DNA from: a virus | DNA length: 64,000 nucleotides | Direction: 5' to 3' (one strand) | Virus record (IMG/VR): IMGVR_UViG_3300017605_001304 | Span: 1-64,000 of that record | Shown here: in pieces, positions 44,691-53,034 of the stretch | How positions within the stretch are numbered: the first letter of the stretch is position 1 | How the letters are laid out: every line of letters begins with the position of its first letter | Program-made: the position numbers and the translations under genes | The notes under the pieces: generated by a model | What the model saw: only the letters and a program-made list of their open reading frames with translations | The model's database searches: none | What the model was told of the DNA's origin: nothing

Positions 44691-46142
44691 CTAGGCGACG
44701 TAGCGAGCCGGCAGGTCCATCTCGACGTCGATTTCCTCTTCCAGGTAACTCTGGATGCGCTCACGCGAGTGGTTGCGCAGGTAGTGATGCGTCAAGTCAT
44801 CGAAGTCGATGATGATCGTGTCCGTCTTTCCCTCGTGTGAAGTCATGCCACGGAACGCGCGCTGTATGGTTTTGATCGGACTCTTCAATCCTCCCGCTAA
44901 GATCACGGCATCAAGATGGGGAATATCAATCCCTTCGTCCAGCACTTGCGACGCGATCAACACTTCGATCTTGCCGGTGCGGAGAGACTCCACTACACCA
45001 TCATGATCCATGTTAGATCGGCGTAGTTTGCCGAGCGGGCTGATCGTCGAGAGCGTATCCGCCGACCACGTGAATGCCGCCGAGGCACCGGCCGTGTGGA
45101 TGCTCTTCAGCAGGCTCTCGCCGTGCTCGATCCGCGAGACCAGCAAGAGCACGTGCCGCCCCTCTTTGGCCAATCGACAAGCTGCATCGACGATGATCTT
45201 GTTGCGGGCCCGATTGACCACGATCCCGAGGCGGTACACCGTAGGAAAGTGATCGCCCGAGAACTTGGGCTGCGTGATCTTCGCCATGTAGAGCTTCGGG
45301 TTGGCGAGGAAGCCCTTGTCCCGCAAGTAGCTCGACGAGATGTCGTAGATCAGCGGGCCGGTGGCGCCGACCATGTAAAGGTCGATCGGCTTCATGCGCG
45401 TGCCACGGTCGTGGAACGGCGTGCCGGAGAGGCCGAAGCGCCAAGGAGCCGCGCACGCTCGTGCGGTCGCGAGCCAGCTATCCGAGCTGAGGTGATGCAC
45501 CTCGTCGAAGATCAGCAGCTCCCGCGATCCGACCAGCTCGCACGCCCACTCCTCGCGCCGGCCGAGCGCCCCGTAGAGCGTCTGGACGGTCGCGATCACG
45601 TGACGGCCCTTCACCTCGCGCACGCCATCTCCAATCGTGCAGAGGTCCGGGACGCCCCAGGCCGAGAACGTCTTGAAGTGCTGGTTCAGGAGACGCAGGC
45701 GGTCGACGACCAGCAGCGACGGAACGTCCAGCAGCTTGATCAGCGCGGCGGCGTAAGCGCTCTTGCCCGACCGCGGCGGCGAGCGAACCACACCGCGGCC
45801 GCGAGCCAGCATGCGCTCGATGGCGGCGAGCTGGTAATCACGCAGCGTGATGCCGTGCAGGAGGTCCGGCGGGATCGGCCGCGTCAGCGTCGGGATGTCG
45901 TGGCTCGACGTGTAGGGGTAGTGCAGGTCGTCGAGCCGCTCCTCGATCAGCGGCAACAGGCCGGACGGGAAGCTGCGGTTGCCGGCGTCGTAGTAGCGGT
46001 GGACGCCGTCCCAGCGCCCCTCCTGATACGCGCGGGACTTGAACTTGTCGGGGTCGTCGATCGTCAGGATGCGGCAGAGTGCTTCCCATTCAATCGGCGT
46101 CGCCTGCACGCGAACGTCGGTCGCACCCTGAATGAAATGCAC
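44691..46142 (-). CDS. SF2 helicase (UvsW-like)
   Basis: LRDYQ, PPRSGKS, DEVH, SGT, EGIDIP, IQRAFR. Confidence 0.88.
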   Translation of the reverse strand: MHFIQGATDVRVQATPIEWEALCRILTIDDPDKFKSRAYQEGRWDGVHRYYDAGNRSFPSGLLPLIEERLDDLHYPYTSSHDIPTLTRPIPPDLLHGITLRDYQLAAIERMLARGRGVVRSPPRSGKSAYAAALIKLLDVPSLLVVDRLRLLNQHFKTFSAWGVPDLCTIGDGVREVKGRHVIATVQTLYGALGRREEWACELVGSRELLIFDEVHHLSSDSWLATARACAAPWRFGLSGTPFHDRGTRMKPIDLYMVGATGPLIYDISSSYLRDKGFLANPKLYMAKITQPKFSGDHFPTVYRLGIVVNRARNKIIVDAACRLAKEGRHVLLLVSRIEHGESLLKSIHTAGASAAFTWSADTLSTISPLGKLRRSNMDHDGVVESLRTGKIEVLIASQVLDEGIDIPHLDAVILAGGLKSPIKTIQRAFRGMTSHEGKTDTIIIDFDDLTHHYLRNHSRERIQSYLEEEIDVEMDLPARYVA

Positions 46143-46280
46143 TCAGCGCCTCCAGAGTCTCCGTTTCGGAGTTACTCGTTTGAGCTCAGCACGAAGCAAC
46201 TGCAGCTCGGCCTCACGCTTCACGATTTCGAGCTTGAGCATCAGCCGTTGCTCATCCGGCGTCAGGTAGTCCGTTGTCAT
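46143..46280 (-). CDS. 45-aa coiled-coil protein (not in ORF track)
   Basis: MTTDYLTPDEQRLMLKLEIVKREAELQLLRAELKR... Confidence 0.45.
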   Translation of the reverse strand: MTTDYLTPDEQRLMLKLEIVKREAELQLLRAELKRVTPKRRLWRR

Positions 46281-46500
46281 CGTGACTCTCCCCCGGTTCG
46301 TCGAGCTGGGCCTCGCAGTACCGCGCGAGCTGCATCGACAGGCCGTAGCAGGTGAACACGTTGCCGTAGATGAACGGCCAGCTCGCGTCGGACTCGGCGT
46401 CGTGGTTCAGCGTCAGGTGCAGCACGATCGCCTCGGAACGTCGCGCCAACGCCTTCGCGAGATCCTCCGTCGATACGAGATCGAGCTCGTCGTCGGTCAT
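46252..46500 (-). CDS. Small hypothetical protein
   Basis: GGAGGG RBS, MTDDELDLVSTEDL. Confidence 0.55.
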   Translation of the reverse strand: MTDDELDLVSTEDLAKALARRSEAIVLHLTLNHDAESDASWPFIYGNVFTCYGLSMQLARYCEAQLDEPGESHDDNGLPDAG

Positions 46501-46589
46501 AGTCCCTCCCAAAGAACATGGGCCCGCAGAGTCTTTCGACCCTACGGGCCCATTCCGGGCCTCCACCAACCGTCTCAGACTCGGCTGGT

Positions 46590-47330
46590 TTAGTTCATCA
46601 CGACCTGCTTGTCGTACTCGCGGTCGACCCACCGGATCTCGCCGCGTTCCAGGCGCTCTTTCTCGCCCTGGTTCCACGCCGGCCGGTTCGCCCGCTTCAA
46701 GACGTCGTCCTCGTCGTGCATGAGAGCCAGCGCCAGCGCGCCGACCCGGTCCTCGACCGGGTACTGGAAGCTCGCGTGCATGCAGAACTTGTCCTTCGGC
46801 TTGCCGTCGTGGTCGAGCAGGTAGAGCTCGCCGCCGAAGCCGGGGTTGATCTCGAAGATCCCCGCCTTGCCGCGGTAGCGGACGATCTTCTTCGTCCGCC
46901 AGTCGCGCATCTGCTCCTCGGAGAGGATGAGCGACAGCATCTGCTCGGCGGTCTGCCGCTGCTTGCGGCGCTTCCACCGACGCTGGACCTTCGCCCGGCG
47001 CTGCTCCTCCGCCGTCGGCGGGACGTACACCTGCTGGTTGACCTGCTGATGGTTCCAGTGCTGCGTGTACCGGATCTGCCCGGTCCAGTTCGACCAGATG
47101 ATCCCGGCGTTCGTGACGGTGACCGTGGACGCCCCGCTCTCCCCGTACGTAGCGTTCGTCCAGGTCTTCCAGACGATGGGCGCGCTGATCGTCGTCGCGC
47201 TGCCGGTCACGTAGTTCCAGTTGTTCCAGACCGCGTTGGTGTACGTGATGCCGCCCGTGACGGACGTGACGGACGTGTCGGAGTCCGTGTTGTATCCCGT
47301 GCCCCCGCTGGTTGCCGCGTAGTACGGCAT
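46590..47330 (-). CDS. Protein with T/S/N-rich WxxW-repeat N-terminus and C-terminal CxH...D domain
   Basis: VWNNW, VWKTW, IWSNW; FCMH...YPVEDRVGALALALMHDE..VLKRAN. Confidence 0.75.
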   Translation of the reverse strand: MPYYAATSGGTGYNTDSDTSVTSVTGGITYTNAVWNNWNYVTGSATTISAPIVWKTWTNATYGESGASTVTVTNAGIIWSNWTGQIRYTQHWNHQQVNQQVYVPPTAEEQRRAKVQRRWKRRKQRQTAEQMLSLILSEEQMRDWRTKKIVRYRGKAGIFEINPGFGGELYLLDHDGKPKDKFCMHASFQYPVEDRVGALALALMHDEDDVLKRANRPAWNQGEKERLERGEIRWVDREYDKQVVMN

Positions 47331-47333
47331 CGC

Positions 47334-47609
47334 TCAGCCGCCAACGACCGCCGCGGCCATGATGACCGCCTTCGCCTCGGGGTCGAACTTGCGCATGACC
47401 TCGGCCTTCTCGCCGCTCTTCTTCACGGCGTAGCCGACCATGCCGCGCTTCACGCAGTCGTCGAACGTGCGGCGCGCCGTCTCGGTCTCGTCCTGGTTCT
47501 CCGGATCCCAGATGACCTTCACGTCACCGGCGCTCGGATCCATGTAGCGGAGTACGTGCGGCTCCTTCGAAGCCGCGCTCTCCTCCAACATCTGCAACGT
47601 CCCAGGCAT
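47334..47609 (-). CDS. 91-aa protein ending in Gly-Gly
   Basis: AAGGAG RBS; GDVKVIWD...F...G..GY...FDPEAKAVIMAAAVVGG-stop. Confidence 0.8.
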   Translation of the reverse strand: MPGTLQMLEESAASKEPHVLRYMDPSAGDVKVIWDPENQDETETARRTFDDCVKRGMVGYAVKKSGEKAEVMRKFDPEAKAVIMAAAVVGG

Positions 47610-47653
47610 CGCTCGTGCTCCTTCTGGTAAGTCCGCTCCTCCGAGCGGAGTGC

Positions 47654-48172
47654 TCAACTCACAGGACTCTTCGGCCCCTCCTCGGTCGGCGGCTTCTTCC
47701 GCCGTGGCCGCTTCGGAACGCTCGGCGAGTCCTGCCGGGTCATGTTCGGTACTTCCATCTTCTGGATCTCGACCTTGCCCTGGCCGGCTGCCATCTCGAA
47801 CAGCGAGTGGAGGAAGCCGCCGGGGGCGACGGGGTCGGCCTGCCGCGGCGCCGGCTGCGCGGCCAGCATGTCCTGCGCGAACTCCTCGGAGATCTTGCGC
47901 AGCTTGACGTAGCGCGTGTCGAACACGACGCGCTTCGGCTGCTTCGCGAGGTCGCCGCTGGCGGTCGCGAGCCACTCCAGGAGCAGCATCGGGTGCTCGT
48001 AGCGGATGATCTTGAACAGGTGGTTGCGCAGGTCGGGATCGGGACCGATCCACGCCTGCCCCCAGCCGCGCTGGATGAACGCCTTCGACTCGAAGTCCAT
48101 GAACCACGCCTGCTCGATCGTCACGAACACGCCAGGAAGGTAGTCGTCAGCGGGAAGGGTTTTCACGATCAC
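47654..48172 (-). CDS. Hypothetical protein
   Basis: GTGA coupling, GGAGGAG RBS. Confidence 0.6.
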   Translation of the reverse strand: MIVKTLPADDYLPGVFVTIEQAWFMDFESKAFIQRGWGQAWIGPDPDLRNHLFKIIRYEHPMLLLEWLATASGDLAKQPKRVVFDTRYVKLRKISEEFAQDMLAAQPAPRQADPVAPGGFLHSLFEMAAGQGKVEIQKMEVPNMTRQDSPSVPKRPRRKKPPTEEGPKSPVS

Positions 48173-49134
48173 TCTCCTCCCGACAGCGAAGAGACCTGCT
48201 CCGTCACGTCGGGACTGATGTCGAACGGGGTATCGATGCGTCGACCTGACGTCGGCGTCGCCGTGCTGAAGATCCCCCAGCGCGTGAGACGGACCAGCTT
48301 CAGGATCGAGACCGGCAGCAGCGGGAGCGCGTAGCAGACCGGCCTCATCACAAGCTGCAGGCCCTTCCGCTTCGCCAGCCGATGCTCCACCGTCACACCG
48401 AGCTCCGGCACCGCCACGAACTGGACGTTGCCGGGCATGAGTCTACCACGCGCGAAGCGATAGTAGTTCATGCCGCGGCGAGGGTTCCGGGCCGGCTGCC
48501 AGATGTCCGACGGCCTGTAGACGTATCCGCGGTAGCAAGTCTGCGGCTTGCTGACCTGCTTCTTGATGCGCTTGGGCAAGCCCTCCAGCCAGCCCTCGGC
48601 GTACGCGATGTTCGGGTTCTTCGAGGGCACGAGGATGCGGCCGAAGAGCGTCGCGCGGTGCACCAGCAAGACCGGCGTCTTGATCGCGAAGACGTTCGCG
48701 GCGAAGTGCACCGAGCTGCCGGCCTGCTCGATCCGGTCCTGCTCCGCCTGCCCCGAGAACCAGATCCAGTTCTTCGCGATCTGCACGTCCCACTCGTAGG
48801 GGTCGCGGCAGCGGAAGTAGTCGACGCCCTCGTTCCTGAGCTTCTGGATCTGGCGCGTCAGGTACGCGTACGGGTCACCGGGGTCGGGCTTCTTCGCGAG
48901 CTCCGCCTTGAGCCAGTCCTCGCCCACCTCGGCGCAGAACGGGATCGGGACCTCGACCACGACGTCGCGTCGCTGGAGCGCCGTGAGGCGGATCAGGAGC
49001 GTCCGCTCGCGGATTTCGTGCAGCAGGCCCACCCGCGGCGCGAGCGGCCCGTGGACGATCTCAACGCGTTCCCCGACGTGCAGGTCCCGGACGAGAGGCT
49101 TCCCCACCCGAACCCCCATTTCAGCCGACAGCAA
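48169..49134 (-). CDS. Protein with N-terminal NusG-type KOW domain
   Basis: LHVGERVEIVHGPLAPRVGLLHEI...VVVEVP. Confidence 0.55.
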   Translation of the reverse strand: MLSAEMGVRVGKPLVRDLHVGERVEIVHGPLAPRVGLLHEIRERTLLIRLTALQRRDVVVEVPIPFCAEVGEDWLKAELAKKPDPGDPYAYLTRQIQKLRNEGVDYFRCRDPYEWDVQIAKNWIWFSGQAEQDRIEQAGSSVHFAANVFAIKTPVLLVHRATLFGRILVPSKNPNIAYAEGWLEGLPKRIKKQVSKPQTCYRGYVYRPSDIWQPARNPRRGMNYYRFARGRLMPGNVQFVAVPELGVTVEHRLAKRKGLQLVMRPVCYALPLLPVSILKLVRLTRWGIFSTATPTSGRRIDTPFDISPDVTEQVSSLSGGE

Positions 49135-49257
49135 GCCCTACCTGTCAGTATCGAAAACGGAGATTCGAAAATCTTCGCTCGCTACAAGTCGCTGGTAGGG
49201 AAGGTCTTATGGCCGTTCAGGCGCGCTGCACCCAGGTTCAGTCGTTCGGACGAGTGA

Positions 49258-49297
49258 ACCTTGAACCTCCTGGAAACCCACGTTAACCTAGGTTCGA
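49258..49297 (+). promoter_or_regulatory. Promoter TTGAAC-N17-TAACCT inside a GAACCT...AGGTTC element
   Basis: ttgaac ctcctggaaacccacgt taacct aggttcga. Confidence 0.6.
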
Positions 49298-49391
49298 CAA
49301 GTGCGAGGGGTTCGCTCGGCTGTCCGTGCTCATCTCCTCCTGCGGAAGTCCTCCGCACCGCCGCTGCGAGCTCCTCTACTTCGCTGTTCGA

Positions 49392-49426
49392 GCCCCGGGT
49401 GCCCGCTCAGGCGCCCGGGGCGTTTT
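49392..49426 (+). terminator. Rho-independent terminator
   Basis: 12-bp stem GCCCCGGGTGCC/GGCGCCCGGGGC then GTTTT. Confidence 0.6.
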
Positions 49427-49564
49427 CATGCTGCGGGCCTGCCCGGTCGTCCGCCCCCGGGCCTGGAAACAACGCGACCCCTGCAGGAGGACCTGCAGGG
49501 GTCGTTGTCCGTCTACCTTGGGGAGGTGGTTGACTCGCGGTCCGCGCGACGGCATGCTGACCGG

Positions 49565-49830
49565 TGCGTAAGAGTCGGGCTCAGAGAGTACCCGCCAACT
49601 ACGCCGGGTCAAGGGCGTCGTCCCGTGAACGATGAGCCTGGGGTCCCACCTGTACCCCGCCAAACGGCGAACTCTACGGGGATCGGCCTCGGGTGTCCCG
49701 GCGCACAGCTCCGGGGCGATTCCCTCGGGGGCCTTAAAAGCCGAGGGAGGCGTGCCCAATCCTCTGAGCTCCCGCTGATCGCGCGGGGGCCGCCCTCTTC
49801 AGCCGTAAGGCGGGAGGGGGAAGGGGGTGG
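49565..49830 (+). ncRNA. Candidate structured non-coding RNA or cis element
   Basis: Upstream TTGACT-N17-CATGCT; long-range pairing 49577-49586/49762-49771; several hairpins including a GTAA tetraloop; no convincing ORF. Confidence 0.35.
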
Positions 49831-49917
49831 GCGTTTGACCCCTCTTGCCTTCGGACTTCTCCTAGTATCACCCCCAGGAATGGACACTTCTGTCACGGCT
49901 TACGAGGGGGATCGAGG

Positions 49918-50118
49918 ATGTTCAAGGACCGCTACCGCATGCGGTGGACCCGGGTCGGTGCTGCCGGGTACGTCGGACTCGCGATGCGGGCCTCCAGGAA
50001 CACGACGACGCTGCCGGTCACCGGCGGCAACGGGCAGGTCCTCTTCCTGATGCTGTGGAACCAGGGCACCACGCGCGTCGCGCAAGAGGTCGACCGGCTG
50101 CTCGGGGCACGTAGATGA
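49918..50118 (+). CDS. Micro-protein array B, ORF1
   Basis: MFKDRYRMRW...RLLGARR. Confidence 0.6.
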   Translation: MFKDRYRMRWTRVGAAGYVGLAMRASRNTTTLPVTGGNGQVLFLMLWNQGTTRVAQEVDRLLGARR

Positions 50119-50330
50119 ACTTCAAGCACCGCTTCGATCTTCGGTGGCGCAACGCGCCGTGGCCGAGCTCCATCATGCCCACCTGGACGTTGCGGGTCGG
50201 TCCGGAAGACGAGCTGACCTTCTCGATGCTGGACGTCAACCGCATCGAGGACATGATGTTCGAGGCGAACCACGGCGCCGAGAACGTGTTCGCGATGAAC
50301 CTCAGCGGCTTGTTCAGGGACCGTTCATGA
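50115..50330 (+). CDS. Micro-protein array B, ORF2
   Basis: MNFKHRF..W...L.VGP...LFRDRS. Confidence 0.65.
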   Translation: MNFKHRFDLRWRNAPWPSSIMPTWTLRVGPEDELTFSMLDVNRIEDMMFEANHGAENVFAMNLSGLFRDRS

Positions 50331-50557
50331 ACTTCAAGAAGCGCTACGAGTTCTGGTGGCAGCCGCAGCGAGAGTGGTTCGGTCGCGTGCCGGGAGAGGT
50401 CGAGTGCGCGCTGTCGATCGGCCCCGGCATCGGGACGATGGTCTTCACGGAGCAGGACGCCGGCAGCATCGGGGACCTCATCTTCAGCGTGAACCACAAC
50501 CCCCGCGGCGAGGGTTTCACCGCGCACCTGCAAGAACTCTTCCGGGATCGGTCATGA
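50327..50557 (+). CDS. Micro-protein array B, ORF3 (paralog of ORF2)
   Basis: MNFKKRY..W...LSIGP...LFRDRS. Confidence 0.65.
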   Translation: MNFKKRYEFWWQPQREWFGRVPGEVECALSIGPGIGTMVFTEQDAGSIGDLIFSVNHNPRGEGFTAHLQELFRDRS

Positions 50558-50775
50558 ACCCGCACGGCCGCTACTACGCGCAGTGGCACACGCAGCGAGG
50601 GTGGCGAGGCGGCAAGTCGCCGAAAGTTCACTACGTCCTGACGCTCGGCCCATGCAGCGACGAGATGGTATTCTCGTGGCAAGACGCTACGTCTGTCTCG
50701 GACCTGCTCGCGATGGACAGCCTCGGCGAGCGCAGCGTCGCCGTGAGCCTGGACCTCTTGCTCGGTGCATCATGA
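50554..50775 (+). CDS. Micro-protein array B, ORF4 (paralog)
   Basis: GRYYAQW...LTLGP..EMVFSWQD..SVSDL. Confidence 0.65.
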   Translation: MNPHGRYYAQWHTQRGWRGGKSPKVHYVLTLGPCSDEMVFSWQDATSVSDLLAMDSLGERSVAVSLDLLLGAS

Positions 50776-50996
50776 ACATGGCCCGCGCCACGCTGTGTAC
50801 GCTCTACGTGAACGTCAGCGAAGGGGGTGACACACGCCTTTACTTCGATGGCTGGGGCCGTACGCCGACCACGTGGTATATGGCGACCCACGACTGGGTG
50901 CAGCTCACGTTCATGCGGCACCGCGTCGACCTCTGCTCGCACTGGCTCAACGTATTCAAGGACGACGCGCTGAGGACCCTGTTCAAGGCGGCATGA
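50772..50996 (+). CDS. Micro-protein array B, ORF5
   Basis: RLYFDGWG...LRTLFKAA; ATGA coupling. Confidence 0.55.
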   Translation: MNMARATLCTLYVNVSEGGDTRLYFDGWGRTPTTWYMATHDWVQLTFMRHRVDLCSHWLNVFKDDALRTLFKAA

Positions 50997-51256
50997 ACAT
51001 GAGCATGCGTACCCGTGCCGCGACCGAGTGCCACTGGAACTTGGACAGCCTGAGTGCGGGTGACCTCGCGGTGTATTTCTACCGCGGCGGCATGCAGGTC
51101 TGCGCCATCGCGGTCACCGCCGCCCTCGCTGACGCGATGCTCCAGCTTCGCGACCGTCGAGGGTCCTGCTGCGGCGACCTCGGGCACTGCTCGGTCGAGC
51201 ACAGCGGCGAGGCGGGCTGCAACGAGCTGAGCGACCTGCTCCGGAGCCTCTGGTGA
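50993..51256 (+). CDS. Micro-protein array B, ORF6
   Basis: AVYFYRGG; ATGA coupling. Confidence 0.55.
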   Translation: MNMSMRTRAATECHWNLDSLSAGDLAVYFYRGGMQVCAIAVTAALADAMLQLRDRRGSCCGDLGHCSVEHSGEAGCNELSDLLRSLW

Positions 51257-51480
51257 CCTTCCCGCAACTCACGCAGGTCCGCTGGGAGGCCGTCTGGCCG
51301 ACGAACGGCCCGGCTGCCGCGCTCTACTTCTACTGCGGGGGTCGTCGGATCGAGGGGATCGCACTCGACAAGAAGAGCTGGTTCGCGTTCATCGACCTGC
51401 GCGACGAGCTGGAGGGAGTCACCCTCTCCTTCCGGCTCGCCCTCTCCGACGCGGCGGGTGCTCTGTTCGGGGAACCGTGA
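51253..51480 (+). CDS. Micro-protein array B, ORF7
   Basis: ALYFYCGG; GTGA coupling. Confidence 0.55.
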   Translation: MTFPQLTQVRWEAVWPTNGPAAALYFYCGGRRIEGIALDKKSWFAFIDLRDELEGVTLSFRLALSDAAGALFGEP

Positions 51481-51713
51481 TGTGGATCACGGATGAGGTC
51501 TTCGGCGAAGCAAAGCCGCTGCGCCTGACGGCGGCGCGCAGCAACGAGCTGTCCCGAGTCACGGTTGGCGTGGCCGGAGTGATATGGTCGACGTGCATCT
51601 GCTGGGTCTGCCGCGAGCAGATCGCGACGATTACGGAGTTGCGTCCCCTCTACGATCTCTTCGCTCCCGAAGGGAGCGTTCCTTACACCCTCGTGGACCT
51701 GTTCAAGCCATGA
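51477..51713 (+). CDS. Micro-protein array B, ORF8
   Basis: Coupled; ends LVDLFKP. Confidence 0.5.
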   Translation: MMWITDEVFGEAKPLRLTAARSNELSRVTVGVAGVIWSTCICWVCREQIATITELRPLYDLFAPEGSVPYTLVDLFKP

Positions 51714-51934
51714 CCACGCTCTCGATTCACGCGAGCTCGCCCATGTACAACCACGGGCTGCGGGTCGACCTCATCGTGGAGATGGAGTCGAAGTCGCTGT
51801 GCTTCTGCGGCAACTGGTCGCGGTGGGACGTGATGACGCCGCTGCTGGAGCTCAACCTGCCGCGCGTTGACGTCGACCTGCGGGAGTGCATGGGGACGGT
51901 GCTGGGGGTTGAGAGCGATACGTCGCCTGAGTGA
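51710..51934 (+). CDS. Micro-protein array B, ORF9
   Basis: ATGA coupling; SLCFCGNW. Confidence 0.5.
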   Translation: MTTLSIHASSPMYNHGLRVDLIVEMESKSLCFCGNWSRWDVMTPLLELNLPRVDVDLRECMGTVLGVESDTSPE

Positions 51935-52271
51935 CCACGCGGGCGATCGTGTCGATCGAGACGCGGTACGCCTCCGCCAGGGCCCGGTAGGGCAGGCGCT
52001 GCGTCTCGCGCAGGCGGCGGATCTCCTCGACCGAGTCCGGGCTCAGGGCCCGTCCGTGAGCGCCGCGCTCGCTCGGCCGCGACCAGGAGAGGCGCGCCCC
52101 TCGCATCGAGGGCAGGATCGGTCCGCCCCACCCCCGGCGCGTGATCCCGCGGCAGAGCTTGTGGACGGCGGACGGCGTCACGCGAAAGCGTAAGGCGAGC
52201 AGCTTGGCGGCGTGGCCACGAGCTCGCAGCTCGCGCAGCTCTCTGACCTCGGACTCTTCGAGCGTCCTCAT
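51852..52271 (-). CDS. Tandem helix-turn-helix protein
   Basis: Two units L....V.E[LI]R.LR......LA..[FY]RV+..[AT][VI]. Confidence 0.7.
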   Translation of the reverse strand: MRTLEESEVRELRELRARGHAAKLLALRFRVTPSAVHKLCRGITRRGWGGPILPSMRGARLSWSRPSERGAHGRALSPDSVEEIRRLRETQRLPYRALAEAYRVSIDTIARVVTQATYRSQPPAPSPCTPAGRRQRAAG

Positions 52272-52293
52272 GGAACGGGATCGTACGGGGCGG

Positions 52294-52340
52294 GACCTGT
52301 AATACAAGAGGCTTGACCTGTAATCCAGATATGGTATGAT
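52294..52340 (+). promoter_or_regulatory. Promoter TTGACC-N16-TATGAT with two tandem operator copies
   Basis: gacctgtaatacaagag at 52294, gacctgtaatccagata at 52315. Confidence 0.8.
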
Positions 52341-52379
52341 GATGCCGTGTTGCATCTCTTCTCGCAAAGGAGGATGAGC

Positions 52380-52988
52380 ATGGGAACGCGTGCACGGCAT
52401 CAGGCGTTGAACGCGGAGTGGCCGGCGGTCGTCCCGCCGCTCTCGTACGAGGAGGCGGTGCGGGCCACGAAGAAGCTGCTCCGCGCCGAGCTCAAGATCA
52501 AGCCGCAGGAGTTCAAGCGCACGTCGGGACGACGGTACACGTGGCGGCGGCACGGCGTCTGGTACATCAACCCGAGCCGAGGCTGGCTCGACCTCGTCCA
52601 TGTCCTCTCGCACTACGTGTTCATGCGGACGCACACCCGGCTCCGGCCGCATCACTGGAAGCACGCGAACGTCGAGGCTCGGATGATCCGTACGGTCTTG
52701 CAACGCGGCTGGCTCGACGGCAAGCTGAAGCCGTCGGTGAAGCCCGAGAAGACGCCGGTGGATCGGCTGGAGCGTCTGAAGGGGAGGCTCGTGCGGTGGG
52801 AGGCGAAGAAGCGGCGGGCCGAGAACGCGATCCGGAAGCTCACGAGGAGCATCCGCGCGATCGAGCGCTGCAGAGCCGTCGCCTCGCTCGACCCGACTAC
52901 CGCTTCGTCCACGAACTCATCGAGTATTTCCCCTCTCAACCGATGCGGGGAGACACCTGGATCCTCCTGCACCAGTTCTCCCGCCTGA
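52380..52988 (+). CDS. His-rich zincin/SprT-like protein (HVLSH) with coiled-coil tail
   Basis: GWLDLVHVLSHY...PHH..H. Confidence 0.55.
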   Translation: MGTRARHQALNAEWPAVVPPLSYEEAVRATKKLLRAELKIKPQEFKRTSGRRYTWRRHGVWYINPSRGWLDLVHVLSHYVFMRTHTRLRPHHWKHANVEARMIRTVLQRGWLDGKLKPSVKPEKTPVDRLERLKGRLVRWEAKKRRAENAIRKLTRSIRAIERCRAVASLDPTTASSTNSSSISPLNRCGETPGSSCTSSPA

Positions 52989-53034
52989 ACACGGTGGTTA
53001 CCGCATCTGCACTAGCTTCGATCCTGGGAAGGAG

